Notes: generated from the letters alone by a model not told the origin. A DNA stretch of 64,000 nt from Paragordius varius (GCA_964247055.1 OZ176053.1:13950001-14014000); one strand, 5' to 3'; positions 27,224-43,193 are shown, counted from the first letter of the stretch. Numbers and translations are program-made.

Positions 27224-30200
27224 ATTATGGTGACATCACCTGATCAAATTTGGATTTTAGGTAGCCATTTTTATTTTTAAAATCGTATAAAATAAATTTT
27301 TTAAATATTTAAAAAATTCATAAAAATTACATTTATACTCCGATCTCGAAAATATTTGGGGTGATGATGGAACTACCATAGGACCCAAAAAAATTATGGT
27401 GACATCACCTGATCAAATTTGGATTTTAGGTAGCCATTTTTATTTTTAAAATCGTATAAAATAAATTTTTTAAATATTTAAAAAATTCAAAAAAATTACA
27501 TTTATACTCCGATCTCGACAATATTTGGGGTGATGATGGAACTACCATAGGGCTACCCAAAAAAAATTATGGTGACATCACCTGATCAAATTTGGATTTT
27601 AGTTAGCCATTTTTATTTTTAAAATCGTATAAAATAAATTTTTTAAATATTTAAAAAATTCATAAAAATTACATTTATACTCCGATCTCGAAAATATTTG
27701 GGGTGATGATGGAACTATCATAGGGCTACCCAAAAAAATTATAGTGACATCACCTGCTCAAATTTGGATTTTAGGTAGCCATTTTTATTTTTCAAATCGT
27801 ATAAAATAAATTTTTTAAATATTTAAAAAATTCATAAAAATTATATTTATACTCCGATCTCGAAAATATTTGGGGTGATGATGGAACTACCATAGGGCTA
27901 CCCAAAAAAAATTATGGTGACATAACCTGATCAAATTTGGATTTTAGGTAGCCATTTTTATTTTTCAAATCGTATAAAATAAATTTTTTAAATATTTAAA
28001 AAATTCATAAAAATTACATTTATACTCCGATCTCGAAAATATTTGGGGTGATGATGGAACTACCATAGGGCTACCCAAAAAAAATTATGGTGACATCACC
28101 TGATCAAATTTGGATTTTAGGTAGCCATTTTTATTTTTAAAATCGTATAAAATAAATTTTTTAAATATTTAAAAAATTCAAAAAAATTACATTTATACTC
28201 CGATCTCGACAATATTTGGGGTGATGATGGAATTACCATAGGGCTTCCCAAAAAAAATTATGGCGACATCACCTGATCAAATTTGGATTTTAAGTAGCCA
28301 TTTTTATTTTTAATATCGTATAAAATAAATTTTTTAAATATTTAAAAAATTCATAAAAATTACATTTATACTCCGATCTCGAAAATATTTGGGGTGATGA
28401 TGGAACTACCATAGGACCCAAAAAAATTATGGTGACATCACCTGATCAAATTTGGATTTTAGGTAGCCATTTTTATTTTTAAAATCGTATAAAATAAATT
28501 TTTTAAATATTTAAAAAATTCAAAAAAATTACATTTATACTCCGATCTCGACAATATTTGGGGTGATGATGGAACTACCATAGGGCTACCCAAAAAAAAT
28601 TATGGTGACATCACCTGATCAAATTTGGATTTTAGTTAGCCATTTTTATTTTTAAAATCGTATAAAATAAATTTTTTAAATATTTAAAAAATTCATAAAA
28701 ATTACATTTATACTCCGATCTCGAAAATATTTGGGGTGATGATGGAACTATCATAGGGCTACCCAAAAAAATTATAGTGACATCACCTGCTCAAATTTGG
28801 ATTTTAGGTAGCCATTTTTATTTTTCAAATCGTATAAAATAAATTTTTTAAATATTTAAAAAATTCATAAAAATTATATTTATACTCCGATCTCGAAAAT
28901 ATTTGGGGTGATGATGGAACTACCATAGGGCTACCCAAAAAAAATTATGGTGACATAACCTGATCAAATTTGGATTTTAGGTAGCCATTTTTATTTTTCA
29001 AATCGTATAAAATAAATTTTTTAAATATTTAAAAAATTCATAAAAATTACATTTATACTCCGATCTCGAAAATATTTGGGGTGATGATGGAACTACCATA
29101 GGGCTACCCAAAAAAAATTATGGTGACATCACCTGATCAAATTTGGATTTTAGGTAGCCATTTTTATTTTTAAAATCGTATAAAATAAATTTTTTAAATA
29201 TTTAAAAAATTCAAAAAAATTACATTTATACTCCGATCTCGACAATATTTGGGGTGATGATGGAATTACCATAGGGCTTCCCAAAAAAAATTATGGCGAC
29301 ATCACCTGATCAAATTTGGATTTTAGTTAGCCATTTTTATTTTTAAAATCGTATAAAATAAATTTTTTAAATATTTAAAAAATTCAAAAAATTACAGTTA
29401 TACTCCCATCTCGACAATATTTGGGGTGATGATGGAATTACCATAGGGCTACCCAAAAAAAATTATGGTGACATCACCTGATCAAATTTGGATTTTAGGT
29501 AGCCATTTTTATTTTTAAAATCGTATAAAATAAATTTTTTAAATATTTAAAAAATTCAAAAAATTACATTTATACTCCGATCTCGACAATATTTGGGGTG
29601 ATGATGGAATTACCATAGGGCTACCCAAAAAAAATTATGGTGACATCACCTGATCAAATCTGGATTTTAGGTAGCCATTTTTATTTTTAAAATCGTATAA
29701 AATAAATTTTTTAAATATTTAAAAAATTCAAAAAATTACATTTATACTCCGATCTCGAAAATATTTGGGGTGATGATGGAATTACCATAGGGCTACCCAA
29801 AAAAAATTATGGCGACATCACCTGATCAAATCTGGATTTTAGGTAGCCATTTTTATTTTTAAAATCGTATAAAATAAATTTTTTAAATATTTAAAAAATT
29901 CATAAAAATTACATTTATACTCCGATCTCGAAAATTTTTGGGGTGATGATGGAACTACCATAGGCTACCCAAAAAAATTATGGTGACATCACCTGATCAA
30001 ATTTGGATTTTAGGTAGCCATTTTTATTTTTAAAATCGTATAAAATAAACTTTTTAAATATTTAAAAAATTCATAAAAATTATATTTATACTCCGATCTC
30101 GAAAATATTTGGGGTGATGATGGAACTACCATAGAGCTACCCAAAAAAAATTATGGTGACATAACCTGATCAAATTTGGATTTTAGGTAGCCATTTTTAT

Positions 30201-32906
30201 TTTTAAAATCGTATAAAATAAATTTTTTAAATATTTAAAAACTTCATAAAAATTACATTTATACTCCGATCTCGAAAATATTTGGGGTGATGATGGAACT
30301 ACCATAGGGCTACCCAAAAAAAATTATGGTGACATCACCTGATCAAATTTGGATTTTAGTTAGCCATTTTTATTTTTAAAATCGTATAAAATAAATTTTT
30401 TAAATATTTAAAAAATTCATAAAAATTACATTTATACTCCGATCTCGAAAATATTTGGGGTGATGATGGAACTATCATAGGGCTACCCAAAAAAATTATA
30501 GTGACATCACCTGCTCAAATTTGGATTTTAGGTAGCCATTTTTATTTTTAAAATCGTATAAAATAAATTTTTTAAATATTTAAAAAATTCATAAAAATTA
30601 TATTTATACTCCGATCTCAATATTTGGGGTGATGATGGAACTACCATAGGGCTACCCAAAAAAAATTATGGTGACATAACCTGATCAAATTTGGATTTTA
30701 GGTAGCCATTTTTATTTTTCAAATCGTATAAAATAAATTTTTTAAATATTTAAAAAATTCATAAAAATTACATTTATACTCCGATCTCGAAAATATTTGG
30801 GGTGATGATGGAACTACCATAGGGCTACCCAAAAAAAATTATGGTGACATCACCTGATCAAATTTGGATTTTAGGTAGCCATTTTTATTTTTAAAATCGT
30901 ATAAAATAAATTTTTTAAATATTTAAAAAATTCAAAAAAATTACATTTATACTCCGATCTCGACAATATTTGGGGTGATGATGGAATTACCATAGGGCTT
31001 CCCAAAAAAAATTATGGCGACATCACCTGATCAAATTTGGATTTTAGTTAGCCATTTTTATTTTTAAAATCGTATAAAATAAATTTTTTAAATATTTAAA
31101 AAATTCAAAAAATTACATTTATACTCCGATCTCGACAATATTTGGGGTGATGATGGAATTACCATAGGGCTACCCAAAAAAAATTATGGTGACATCTCCT
31201 GATCAAATTTGGATTTTAGGTAGCCATTTTTATTTTTAAAATCGTATAAAATAAATTTTTTAAATATTTAAAAAATTCAAAAAAATTACATTTATACTCC
31301 GATCTCGACAATATTTGGGGTGATGATGGAATTACCATAGGGCTACCCAAAAAAAATTATGGTGACATCACCTGATCAAATCTGGATTTTAGGTAGCCAT
31401 TTTTATTTTTAAAATCGTATAAAATAAATTTTTTAAATATTTAAAAAATTCAAAAAATTACATTTATACTCCGATCTCGAAAATATTTGGGGTGATGATG
31501 GAATTACCATAGGGCTACCCAAAAAAAATTATGGCGACATCACGTGATCAAATCTGGATTTTAGGTAGCCATTTTTATTTTTAAAATCGTATAAAATAAA
31601 TTTTTTAAATATTTAAAAAATTCATAAAAATTACATTTATACTCCGATCTCGAAAATATTTGGGGTGATGATGGAACTACCATAGGCTACCCAAAAAAAT
31701 TATGGTGACATCACCTGATCAAATTTGGATTTTAGGTAGCCATTTTTATTTTTAAAATCGTATAAAATAAACTTTTTAAATATTTAAAAAATTCATAAAA
31801 ATTATATTTATACTCCGATCTCGAAAATATTTGGGGTGATGATGGAACTACCATAGAGCTACCCAAAAAAAATTATGGTGACATAACCTGATCAAATTTG
31901 GATTTTAGGTAGCCATTTTTATTTTTAAAATCGTATAAAATAAATTTTTTAAATATTTAAAAACTTCCTAAAAATTACATTTATACTCCGATCTCGAAAA
32001 TATTTGGGGTGATGATGGAACTACCATAGGGCTACCCAAAAAAAATTATGGCGACATCACCTGATCAAATTTGGATTTTAGTTAGCCATTTTTATTTTTA
32101 AAATCGTATAAAATAAATTTTTTAAATATTTAAAAAATTCAAAAATCTACATTTATACTCCGATCTCGACAATATTTGGGGTGATGATGGAATTACCATA
32201 GGGCTACCCAAAAAAAATTATGGTGACATCACCTGATCAAATCTGGATTTTAGGTAGCCATTTTTATTTTTAAAATCGTATAAAATAAACTTTTTAAATA
32301 TTTAAAAAATTCATAAAAATTATATTTATACTCCGATCTCGAAAATATTTGGGGTGATGATGGAACTACCATAGAGCTACCCAAAAAAAATTATGGTGAC
32401 ATAACCTGATCAAATTTGGATTTTAGGTAGCCATTTTTACTTTTAAAATCGTATAAAATAAATTTTTTAAATATTTAAAAACTTCATAAAAATTACATTT
32501 ATACTCCGATCTCGAAAATATTTGGGGTGATGATGGAACTACCATAGGGCTACCCAAAAAAAATTATGGTGACATCACCTGATCAAATTTGGATTTTAGT
32601 TAGCCATTTTTATTTTTAAAATCGTATAAAATAAATTTTTTAAATATTTAAAAAATTCATAAAAATTACATTTATACTCCGATCTCGAAAATATTTGGGG
32701 TGATGATGGAACTATCATAGGGCTACCCAAAAAAATTATAGTGACATCACCTGCTCAAATTTGGATTTTAGGTAGCCATTTTTATTTTTAAAATCGTATA
32801 AAATAAATTTTTTAAATATTTAAAAAATTCATAAAAATTACATTTATACTCCGATCTCGAAAATATTTGGGGTGATGATGGAACTACCTAAGGGCTACCC
32901 AAAAAA
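27224..32906 (+). repeat. Satellite domain C (first block)
   Basis: Enriched in TTCAAAAAA, GGAATTACC, GGGCTTCCC, TTTTTCAAAT, AAATCTGG, AATAAACTTT, CATAGAGCTA and CATAGGCTAC variants. Confidence 0.8.
27393..29289 (+). repeat. 6-monomer HOR, ~2 copies (1,033-bp period)
   Basis: The private 3-bp deletion CCATAGGACCC (GGACCC at 27381 and 28414) is followed by the same run of variant monomers from 27393 and from 28426. Confidence 0.88.
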
Positions 32907-35900
32907 ATTATAATGACATCACCTGATCAAATTTGGATTTTAGGTAGCCATTTTTATTTTTAAAATCGTATAAAATAAATTTTTTAAATATTTAAAAAAT
33001 TCATAAAAATTACATTTATACTCCGATCTCGACAATATTTGGGGTGATGATGGAACTACCATAGGGCTACCCAAAAAAATTATAATGACATCACCTGATC
33101 AAATTTGGATTTTAGGTAGCCATTTTTATTTTTAAAATCGTATAAAATAAATTTTTTAAATATTTAAAAAATTCATAAAAATTACATTTATACTCCGATC
33201 TCGACAATATTTGGGGTGATGATGGAACTACCATAGGGCTACCCAAAAAAATTATAATGACATCACCTGATCAAATTTGGATTTTAAGTAGCCATTTTTA
33301 TTTTTAATATCGTATAAAATAAATTTTTTAAATATTTAAAAAATTCATAAAATTTATACTCCGATCTCGACAATATTTGGGGTGATGATGGAACTACCAT
33401 AGGGCTACCCAAAAAAATTATAATGACATCACCTGATCAAATTTGGATTTTAGGTAGCCATTTTTATTTTTAAAATCGTATAAAATAAATTTTTTAAATA
33501 TTTAAAAAATTCATAAAAATTACATTTATACTCCGATCTCGAAAATATTTGGGGTGATGATGGAACTACCATAGGGCTACCCCAAAAAAATTATGGTGAC
33601 ATCACCTGATCAAATTTGGATTTTAGGTAGCCATTTTTATTTTTAAAATCGTATAAAATAAATTTTTTAAATAATTAAAAAATTCATAAATATTACATTT
33701 ATAGTCCGATCCCAAAGTATTTGGGGTGATGATGGAACTACCATAGGGCTACCCAAAAAAATTATAGTGACATCACCTGATCAAATTCGGATTTTAGGCA
33801 GCCATTTTTATTTTTAAAATCGTCTAAAATAAATTTTTTAAATATTTAAAAAATTCATAAAAATTACATTTATACTCCGATCTCGAAAATATTTGGGGTG
33901 ATGATGGAACTACCATAGGGCTACCCAAAAAAATTATAATGACATCACCTGATCAAATTTGGATTTTAGGTAGCCATTTTTATTTTTAAAATCGTATAAA
34001 ATAAATTTTTTAAATATTTAAAAAATTCATAAAAATTACATTTATACTCCGATCTCGAAAATATTTGGGGTGATGATGGAACTACCATAGGGCTACCCAA
34101 AAAAATTATAATGACATCACCTGATCAAATTTGGATTTTAGGTAGCCATTTTTATTTTTAAAATCGTATAAAATAAATTTTTTAAATATTTAAAAAATTC
34201 ATAAAAATTACATTTATACTCCGATCTCGAAAATATTTGGGGTGATGATGGAACTACCATAGGGCTACCCAAAAAAAATTATGGTGACATCACCTGATCA
34301 AATTTGGATTTTAGGTAGCCATTTTTATTTTTAAAATCGTATAAAATAAATTTTTTAAATATTTAAAAAATTCATAAAAATTACATTTATACTCCGATCT
34401 CGAAAATATTTGGGGTGATGATGGAACTACCATAGGGCTACCCAAAAAAATTATGGTGACATCACCTGATCAAATTGGGATTTTAGTTAGCCATTTTTAT
34501 TTTTAAAATCGTATAAAATAAATTTCTTAAATATTTAAAAAATTCATAAAAATTACATTTATACTCCGATCTCGAAAATATTTGGGGTGATGATGGAACT
34601 ACCATAGGGCTACCCAAAAAAAATTATGGTGACATCACCTGATCAAATTTGGATTTTAGGTAGCCATTTTTATTTTTAAAATCGTCTAAAATAAATTTTT
34701 TAAATATTTAAAAAATTCATAAAAATTACATTTATACTCCGATCTCGAAAATATTTGGGGTGATGATGGAACTACCATAGGGCTACCCAAAAAAAATTAT
34801 GGTGACATCACCTGATCAAATTTGGATTTTAGGTAGCCATTTTTATTTTTAAAATCGTATAAAATAAATTTTTTAAATAATTAAAAAATTCATAAATATT
34901 ACATTTATAGTCCGATCCCAAAGTATTTGGGGTGATGATGGAACTACCATAGGGCTACGCAAAAAAATTATAGTGACATCACCTGATCAAATTCGGATTT
35001 TAGGTAGCCATTTTTATTTTTAAAATCGTCTAAAATAAATTTTTTAAATATTTAAAAAATTCATAAAAATTACATTTATACTCCGATCTCGAAAATATTT
35101 GGGGTGATGATGGAACTACCATAGGGCTACCCAAAAAAATTATAATGACATCACCTGATCAAATTTGGATTTTAGGTAGCCATTTTTATTTTTAAAATCG
35201 TATAAAATAAATTTTTTAAATATTAAAAAATTCATAAAAATTACATTTATACTCCGATCTCGAAAATATTTGGGGTGATGATGGAACTATCATAGGGCTA
35301 CCCAAAAAAATTATAGTGACATCACCTGCTCAAATTTGGATTTTAGGTAGCCATTTTTATTTTTAATATCGTATAAAATAAATTTTTTAAATATTTAAAA
35401 AATTCATAAAAATTACATTTATACTCCGATCTCGAAAATATTTGGGGTGATGATGGAACTACCATAGGGCTACCCAAAAAAATTATAATGACATCACCTG
35501 ATCTTGGATTTTAGGTAGCCATTTTTATTTTTAAAATCGTATAAAATAAATTTTTTAAATATTTAAAAAATTCATAAAAATTACATTTATACTCCGATCT
35601 CGACAATATTTGGGGTGATGATGGAACTACCATAGGGCTACCCAAAAAAATTATAATGACATCACCTGATCAAATTTGGATTTTAAGTAGCCATTTTTAT
35701 TTTTAATATCGTATAAAATAAATTTTTTAAATATTTAAAAAATTCATAAAATTTATACTCCGATCTCGACAATATTTGGGGTGATGATGGAACTACCATA
35801 GGGCTACCCAAAAAAATTATAATGACATCACCTGATCAAATTTGGATTTTAGGTAGCCATTTTTATTTTTAAAATCGTATAAAATAAATTTTTTAAATAT

Positions 35901-38900
35901 TTAAAAAATTCATAAAAATTACATTTATACTCCGATCTCGAAAATATTTGGGGTGATGATGGAACTACCATAGGGCTACCCAAAAAAAATTATGGTGACA
36001 TCACCTGATCAAATTTGGATTTTAGGTAGCCATTTTTATTTTTAAAATCGTATAAAATAAATTTTTTAAATAATTAAAAAATTCATAAATATTACATTTA
36101 TAGTCCGATCCCAAAGTATTTGGGGTGATGATGGAACTACCATAGGGCTACCCAAAAAAATTATAGTGACATCACCTGATCAAATTCGGATTTTAGGTAG
36201 CCATTTTTATTTTTAAAATCGTCTAAAATAAATTTTTTAAATATTTAAAAAATTCATAAAAATTACATTTATACTCCGATCTCGAAAATATTTGGGGTGA
36301 TGATGGAACTACCATAGGGCTACCCAAAAAAATTATAATGACATCACCTGATCAAATTTGGATTTTAGGTAGCCATTTTTATTTTTAAAATCGTATAAAA
36401 TAAATTTTTTAAATATTTAAAAAATTCATAAAAATTACATTTATACTCCGATCTCGACAATATTTGGGGTGATGATGGAACTACCATAGGGCTACCCAAA
36501 AAAATTATAATGACATCACCTGATCAAATTTGGATTTTAGGTAGCCATTTTTATTTTTAAAATCGTATAAAATAAATTTTTTAAATATTTAAAAAATTCA
36601 TAAAAATTACATTTATACTCCGATCTCGACAATATTTGGGGTGATGATGGAACTACCATAGGGCTACCCAAAAAAATTATAATGACATCACCTGATCAAA
36701 TTTGGATTTTAAGTAGCCATTTTTATTTTTAATATCGTATAAAATAAATTTTTTAAATATTTAAAAAATTCATAAAATTTATACTCCGATCTCGACAATA
36801 TTTGGGGTGATGATGGAACTACCATAGGGCTACCCAAAAAAATTATAATGACATCACCTGATCAAATTTGGATTTTAGGTAGCCATTTTTATTTTTAAAA
36901 TCGTATAAAATAAATTTTTTAAATATTTAAAAAATTCATAAAAATTACATTTATACTCCGATCTCGAAAATATTTGGGGTGATGATGGAACTACCATAGG
37001 GCTACCCCAAAAAAATTATGGTGACATCACCTGATCAAATTTGGATTTTAGGTAGCCATTTTTATTTTTAAAATCGTATAAAATAAATTTTTTAAATAAT
37101 TAAAAAATTCATAAATATTACATTTATAGTCCGATCCCAAAGTATTTGGGGTGATGATGGAACTACCATAGGGCTACCCAAAAAAATTATAGTGACATCA
37201 CCTGATCAAATTCGGATTTTAGGCAGCCATTTTTATTTTTAAAATCGTCTAAAATAAATTTTTTAAATATTTAAAAAATTCATAAAAATTACATTTATAC
37301 TCCGATCTCGAAAATATTTGGGGTGATGATGGAACTACCATAGGGCTACCCAAAAAAATTATAATGACATCACCTGATCAAATTTGGATTTTAGGTAGCC
37401 ATTTTTATTTTTAAAATCGTATAAAATAAATTTTTTAAATATTTAAAAAATTCATAAAAATTACATTTATACTCCGATCTCGAAAATATTTGGGGTGATG
37501 ATGGAACTACCATAGGGCTACCCAAAAAAATTATAATGACATCACCTGATCAAATTTGGATTTTAGGTAGCCATTTTAATTTTTAAAATCGTATAAAATA
37601 AATTTTTTAAATATTTAAAAAATTCATAAAAATTACATTTATACTCCGATCTCGAAAATATTTGGGGTGATGATGGAACTACCATAGGGCTACCCAAAAA
37701 AAATTATGGTGACATCACCTGATCAAATTTGGATTTTAGGTAGCCATTTTTATTTTTAAAATCGTATAAAATAAATTTTTTAAATATTTAAAAAATTCAT
37801 AAAAATTACATTTATACTCCGATCTCGAAAATATTTGGGGTGATGATGGAACTACCATAGGGCTACCCAAAAAAATTATGGTGACATCACCTGATCAAAT
37901 TGGGATTTTAGTTAGCCATTTTTATTTTTAAAATCGTATAAAATAAATTTCTTAAATATTTAAAAAATTCATAAAAATTACATTTATACTCCGATCTCGA
38001 AAATATTTGGGGTGATGATGGAACTACCATAGGGCTACCCAAAAAAAATTATGGTGACATCACCTGATCAAATTTGGATTTTAGGTAGCCATTTTTATTT
38101 TTAAAATCGTATAAAATAAATTTTTTAAATATTTAAAAAATTCATAAATATTACATTTATAGTCCGATCCCAAAGTATGGTGATGATGGAACTACCATAG
38201 GGCTACCCAAAAAAAATTATGGTGACATAACCTGATCAAATTTGGATTTTAGGTAGCCATTTTTATTTTTAAAATCGTATAAAATAAATTTTTTAAATAT
38301 TTAAAAAATTCAAAAAAATTACATTTATACTCCGATCTCGACAATATTTGGGGTGATGATGGAATTACCATAGGGCTACCTAAAAAAAATTATGGTGACA
38401 TCACCTGATCAAATTTGGATTTTAGGTAGCCATTTTTATTTTTAAAATCGTATAAAATAAATTTTTTAAATATTTAAAAAATTCATAAAAATTACATTTA
38501 TACTCCAATCTCGAAAATATCTTAGGTGATGATGGAACTACCATAGGGCTACCCAAAAAAAATTATGGCGACATCACCTGATGAAATTTGGATTTTAGGT
38601 AGCCATTTTTATTTTTAAAATCGTATAAAATAAATTTTTTAAATAATTAAAAAATTCATAAATATTACATTTATAGTCCGATCCCAAAGTATTTGGGGTG
38701 ATGATCGAACTACCATAGGGCTACCCAAAAAAATTATGGTGACATCACCTGATCAAATTCGGATTTTAGGTAGCCATTTTTATTTTTAAAATCGTCTAAA
38801 ATAAATTTTTTAAATATTTAAAAAATTCATAAAAATTACATTTATACTCCGATCTCGAAAATATTTGGGGTGATGATGGAACTACCATAGGGCTACCCAA

Positions 38901-41900
38901 AAAAAATTATGGTGACATCACCTGATCAAATTTGGATTTTAGGTAGCCATTTTTATTTTTAAAATCGTATAAAATAAATTTTTTAAATAATTAAAAAATT
39001 CATAAATATTACATTTATAGTCCGATCCCAAAGTATTTGGGGTGATGATGGAACTACCATAGGGCTACGCAAAAAAATTATAGTGACATCACCTGATCAA
39101 ATTCGGATTTTAGGTAGCCATTTTTATTTTTAAAATCGTCTAAAATAAATTTTTTAAATATTTAAAAAATTCATAAAAATTACATTTATACTCCGATCTC
39201 GAAAATATTTGGGGTGATGATGGAACTACCATAGGGCTACCCAAAAAAATTATAATGACATCACCTGATCAAATTTGGATTTTAGGTAGCCATTTTTATT
39301 TTTAAAATCGTATAAAATAAATTTTTTAAATATTAAAAAATTCATAAAAATTACATTTATACTCCGATCTCGAAAATATTTGGGGTGATGATGGAACTAT
39401 CATAGGGCTACCCAAAAAAATTATAGTGACATCACCTGCTCAAATTTGGATTTTAGGTAGCCATTTTTATTTTTAATATCGTATAAAATAAATTTTTTAA
39501 ATATTTAAAAAATTCATAAAAATTACATTTATACTCCGATCTCGAAAATATTTGGGGTGATGATGGAACTACCATAGGGCTACCCAAAAAAATTATAATG
39601 ACATCACCTGATCTTGGATTTTAGGTAGCCATTTTTATTTTTAAAATCGTATAAAATAAATTTTTTAAATATTTAAAAAATTCATAAAAATTACATTTAT
39701 ACTCCGATCTCGACAATATTTGGGGTGATGATGGAACTACCATAGGGCTACCCAAAAAAATTATAATGACATCACCTGATCAAATTTGGATTTTAAGTAG
39801 CCATTTTTATTTTTAATATCGTATAAAATAAATTTTTTAAATATTTAAAAAATTCATAAAATTTATACTCCGATCTCGACAATATTTGGGGTGATGATGG
39901 AACTACCATAGGGCTACCCAAAAAAATTATAATGACATCACCTGATCAAATTTGGATTTTAGGTAGCCATTTTTATTTTTAAAATCGTATAAAATAAATT
40001 TTTTAAATATTTAAAAAATTCATAAAAATTACATTTATACTCCGATCTCGAAAATATTTGGGGTGATGATGGAACTACCATAGGGCTACCCAAAAAAAAT
40101 TATGGTGACATCACCTGATCAAATTTGGATTTTAGGTAGCCATTTTTATTTTTAAAATCGTATAAAATAAATTTTTTAAATAATTAAAAAATTCATAAAT
40201 ATTACATTTATAGTCCGATCCCAAAGTATTTGGGGTGATGATGGAACTACCATAGGGCTACCCAAAAAAATTATAGTGACATCACCTGATCAAATTCGGA
40301 TTTTAGGTAGCCATTTTTATTTTTAAAATCGTCTAAAATAAATTTTTTAAATATTTAAAAAATTCATAAAAATTACATTTATACTCCGATCTCGAAAATA
40401 TTTGGGGTGATGATGGAACTACCATAGGGCTACCCAAAAAAATTATAATGACATCACCTGATCAAATTTGGATTTTAGGTAGCCATTTTTATTTTTAAAA
40501 TCGTATAAAATAAATTTTTTAAATATTTAAAAAATTCATAAAAATTACATTTATACTCCGATCTCGAAAATATTTGGGGTGATGATGGAACTACCATAGG
40601 GCTACCCAAAAAAATTATAATGACATCACCTGATCAAATTTGGATTTTAGGTAGCCATTTTTATTTTTAAAATCGTATAAAATAAATTTTTTAAATATTT
40701 AAAAAATTCATAAAAATTACATTTATACTCCGATCTCGAAAATATTTGGGGTGATGATGGAACTACCATAGGGCTACCCAAAAAAAATTATGGTGACATC
40801 ACCTGATCAAATTTGGATTTTAGGTAGCCATTTTTATTTTTAAAATCGTATAAAATAAATTTTTTAAATATTTAAAAAATTCATAAAAATTACATTTATA
40901 CTCCGATCTCGAAAATATTTGGGGTGATGATGGAACTACCATAGGGCTACCCAAAAAAATTATGGTGACATCACCTGATCAAATTGGGATTTTAGTTAGC
41001 CATTTTTATTTTTAAAATCGTATAAAATAAATTTCTTAAATATTTAAAAAATTCATAAAAATTACATTTATACTCCGATCTCGAAAATATTTGGGGTGAT
41101 GATGGAACTACCATAGGGCTACCCAAAAAAAATTATGGTGACATCACCTGATCAAATTTGGATTTTAGGTAGCCATTTTTATTTTTAAAATCGTATAAAA
41201 TAAATTTTTTAAATATTTAAAAAATTCATAAATATTACATTTATAGTCCGATCCCAAAGTATGGTGATGATGGAACTACCATAGGGCTACCCAAAAAAAA
41301 TTATGGTGACATAACCTGATCAAATTTGGATTTTAGGTAGCCATTTTTATTTTTAAAATCGTATAAAATAAATTTTTTAAATATTTAAAAAATTCAAAAA
41401 AATTACATTTATACTCCGATCTCGACAATATTTGGGGTGATGATGGAATTACCATAGGGCTACCCAAAAAAAATTATGGTGACATCACCTGATCAAATTT
41501 GGATTTTAGGTAGCCATTTTTATTTTTAATATCGTATAAAATAAATTTTTTAAATATTTAAAAAATTCATAAAAATTACATTTATACTCCGATCTCGACA
41601 ATATTTGGGGTGATGATGGAACTACTAGAGGGCTACCCAAAAAAAATTATGGTCACATCACCTGATCAAATTTGGATTTTAAGTAGCCATTTTTATTTTT
41701 AATATCGTATAAAATAAATTTTTTAAATATTTAAAAAATTCATAAAAATTACATTTATACTCCGATCTCGACAATATTTGGGGTGATGATGGAATTACCT
41801 TAGGACTACCCAAAAAAAATTATGGTGACATCACCTGATCAAATTTGGATTTTAGGTAGCCATTTTTATTTTTAAAATCGTATAAAATAAATTTTTTAAA

Positions 41901-43020
41901 TATTTAAAAAATTCATAAAAATTACATTTATACTCCGATCTCGAAAATATCTTAGGTGATGATGGAACTACCATAGGGCTACCCAAAAAAAATTATGGCG
42001 ACATCACCTGATGAAATTTGGATTTTAGGTAGCCATTTTTATTTTTAAAATCGTATAAAATAAATTTTTTAAATAATTAAAAAATTCATAAATATTACAT
42101 TTATAGTCCGATCCCAAAGTATTTGGGGTGATGATCGAACTACCATAGGGCTACCCAAAAAAATTATAGTGACATCACCTGATCAAATTCGGATTTTAGG
42201 TAGCCATTTTTATTTTTAAAATCGTCTAAAATAAATTTTTTAAATATTTAAAAAATTCATAAAAATTACATTTATACTCCGATCTCGAAAATATTTGGGG
42301 TGATGATGGAACTACCATAGGGCTACCCAAAAAAAATTATGGTGACATCACCTGATCAAATTTGGATTTTAGGTAGCCATTTTTATTTTTAAAATCGTAT
42401 AAAATAAATTTTTTAAATAATTAAAAAATTCATAAATATTACATTTATAGTCCGATCCCAAAGTATTTGGGGTGATGATGGAACTACCATAGGGCTACGC
42501 AAAAAAATTATAGTGACATCACCTGATCAAATTCGGATTTTAGGTAGCCATTTTTATTTTTAAAATCGTCTAAAATAAATTTTTTAAATATTTAAAAAAT
42601 TCATAAAAATTACATTTATACTCCGATCTCGAAAATATTTGGGGTGATGATGGAACTACCATAGGGCTACCCAAAAAAATTATAATGACATCACCTGATC
42701 AAATTTGGATTTTAGGTAGCCATTTTTATTTTTAAAATCGTATAAAATAAATTTTTTAAATATTAAAAAATTCATAAATTACATTTATACTCCGATCTCG
42801 AAAATATTTGGGGTGATGATGGAACTACCATAGGGCTACCCAAAAAAATTATGGTGACATCACCTGATCAAATTGGGATTTTAGTTAGCCATTTTTATTT
42901 TTAAAATCGTATAAAATAAATTTCTTAAATATTTAAAAAATTCATAAAAATTACATTTATACTCCGATCTCGAAAATATTTGGGGTGATGATGGAACTAC
43001 CATAGGGCTACCCAAAAAAA
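32907..43020 (+). repeat. Satellite domain B (second block)
   Basis: Carries the same diagnostic variants as 13986-27223, with 166-bp monomers at 33251, 35650, 36676 and 39760. Confidence 0.88.
36676..39759 (+). repeat. Complete unit of the domain-B 18-monomer HOR (3,084 bp)
   Basis: There are 18 monomers between successive 166-bp marker monomers (36676 to 39760), in the same variant order as 59591-62678. This copy carries a private 4-bp deletion (CTGATCTTGG). Confidence 0.85.
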
Positions 43021-43193
43021 ATTATGGTGACATCACCTGATCAAATTTGGATTTTAGGTAGCCATTTTTATTTTTAAAATCGTATAAAATAAATTTTTTA
43101 AATATTTAAAAAATTCAAAAAAATTACATTTATACTCCGATCTCGACAATATTTGGGGTGATGATGGAATTACCATAGGGCTTCCCAAAAAAA

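Noticed and set aside
31541-31546. E-box CACGTG created by a variant (also at 57711)
   Set aside because: It is a single substitution in one monomer type copied by block duplication. It is useful as a marker, with no evidence of function.
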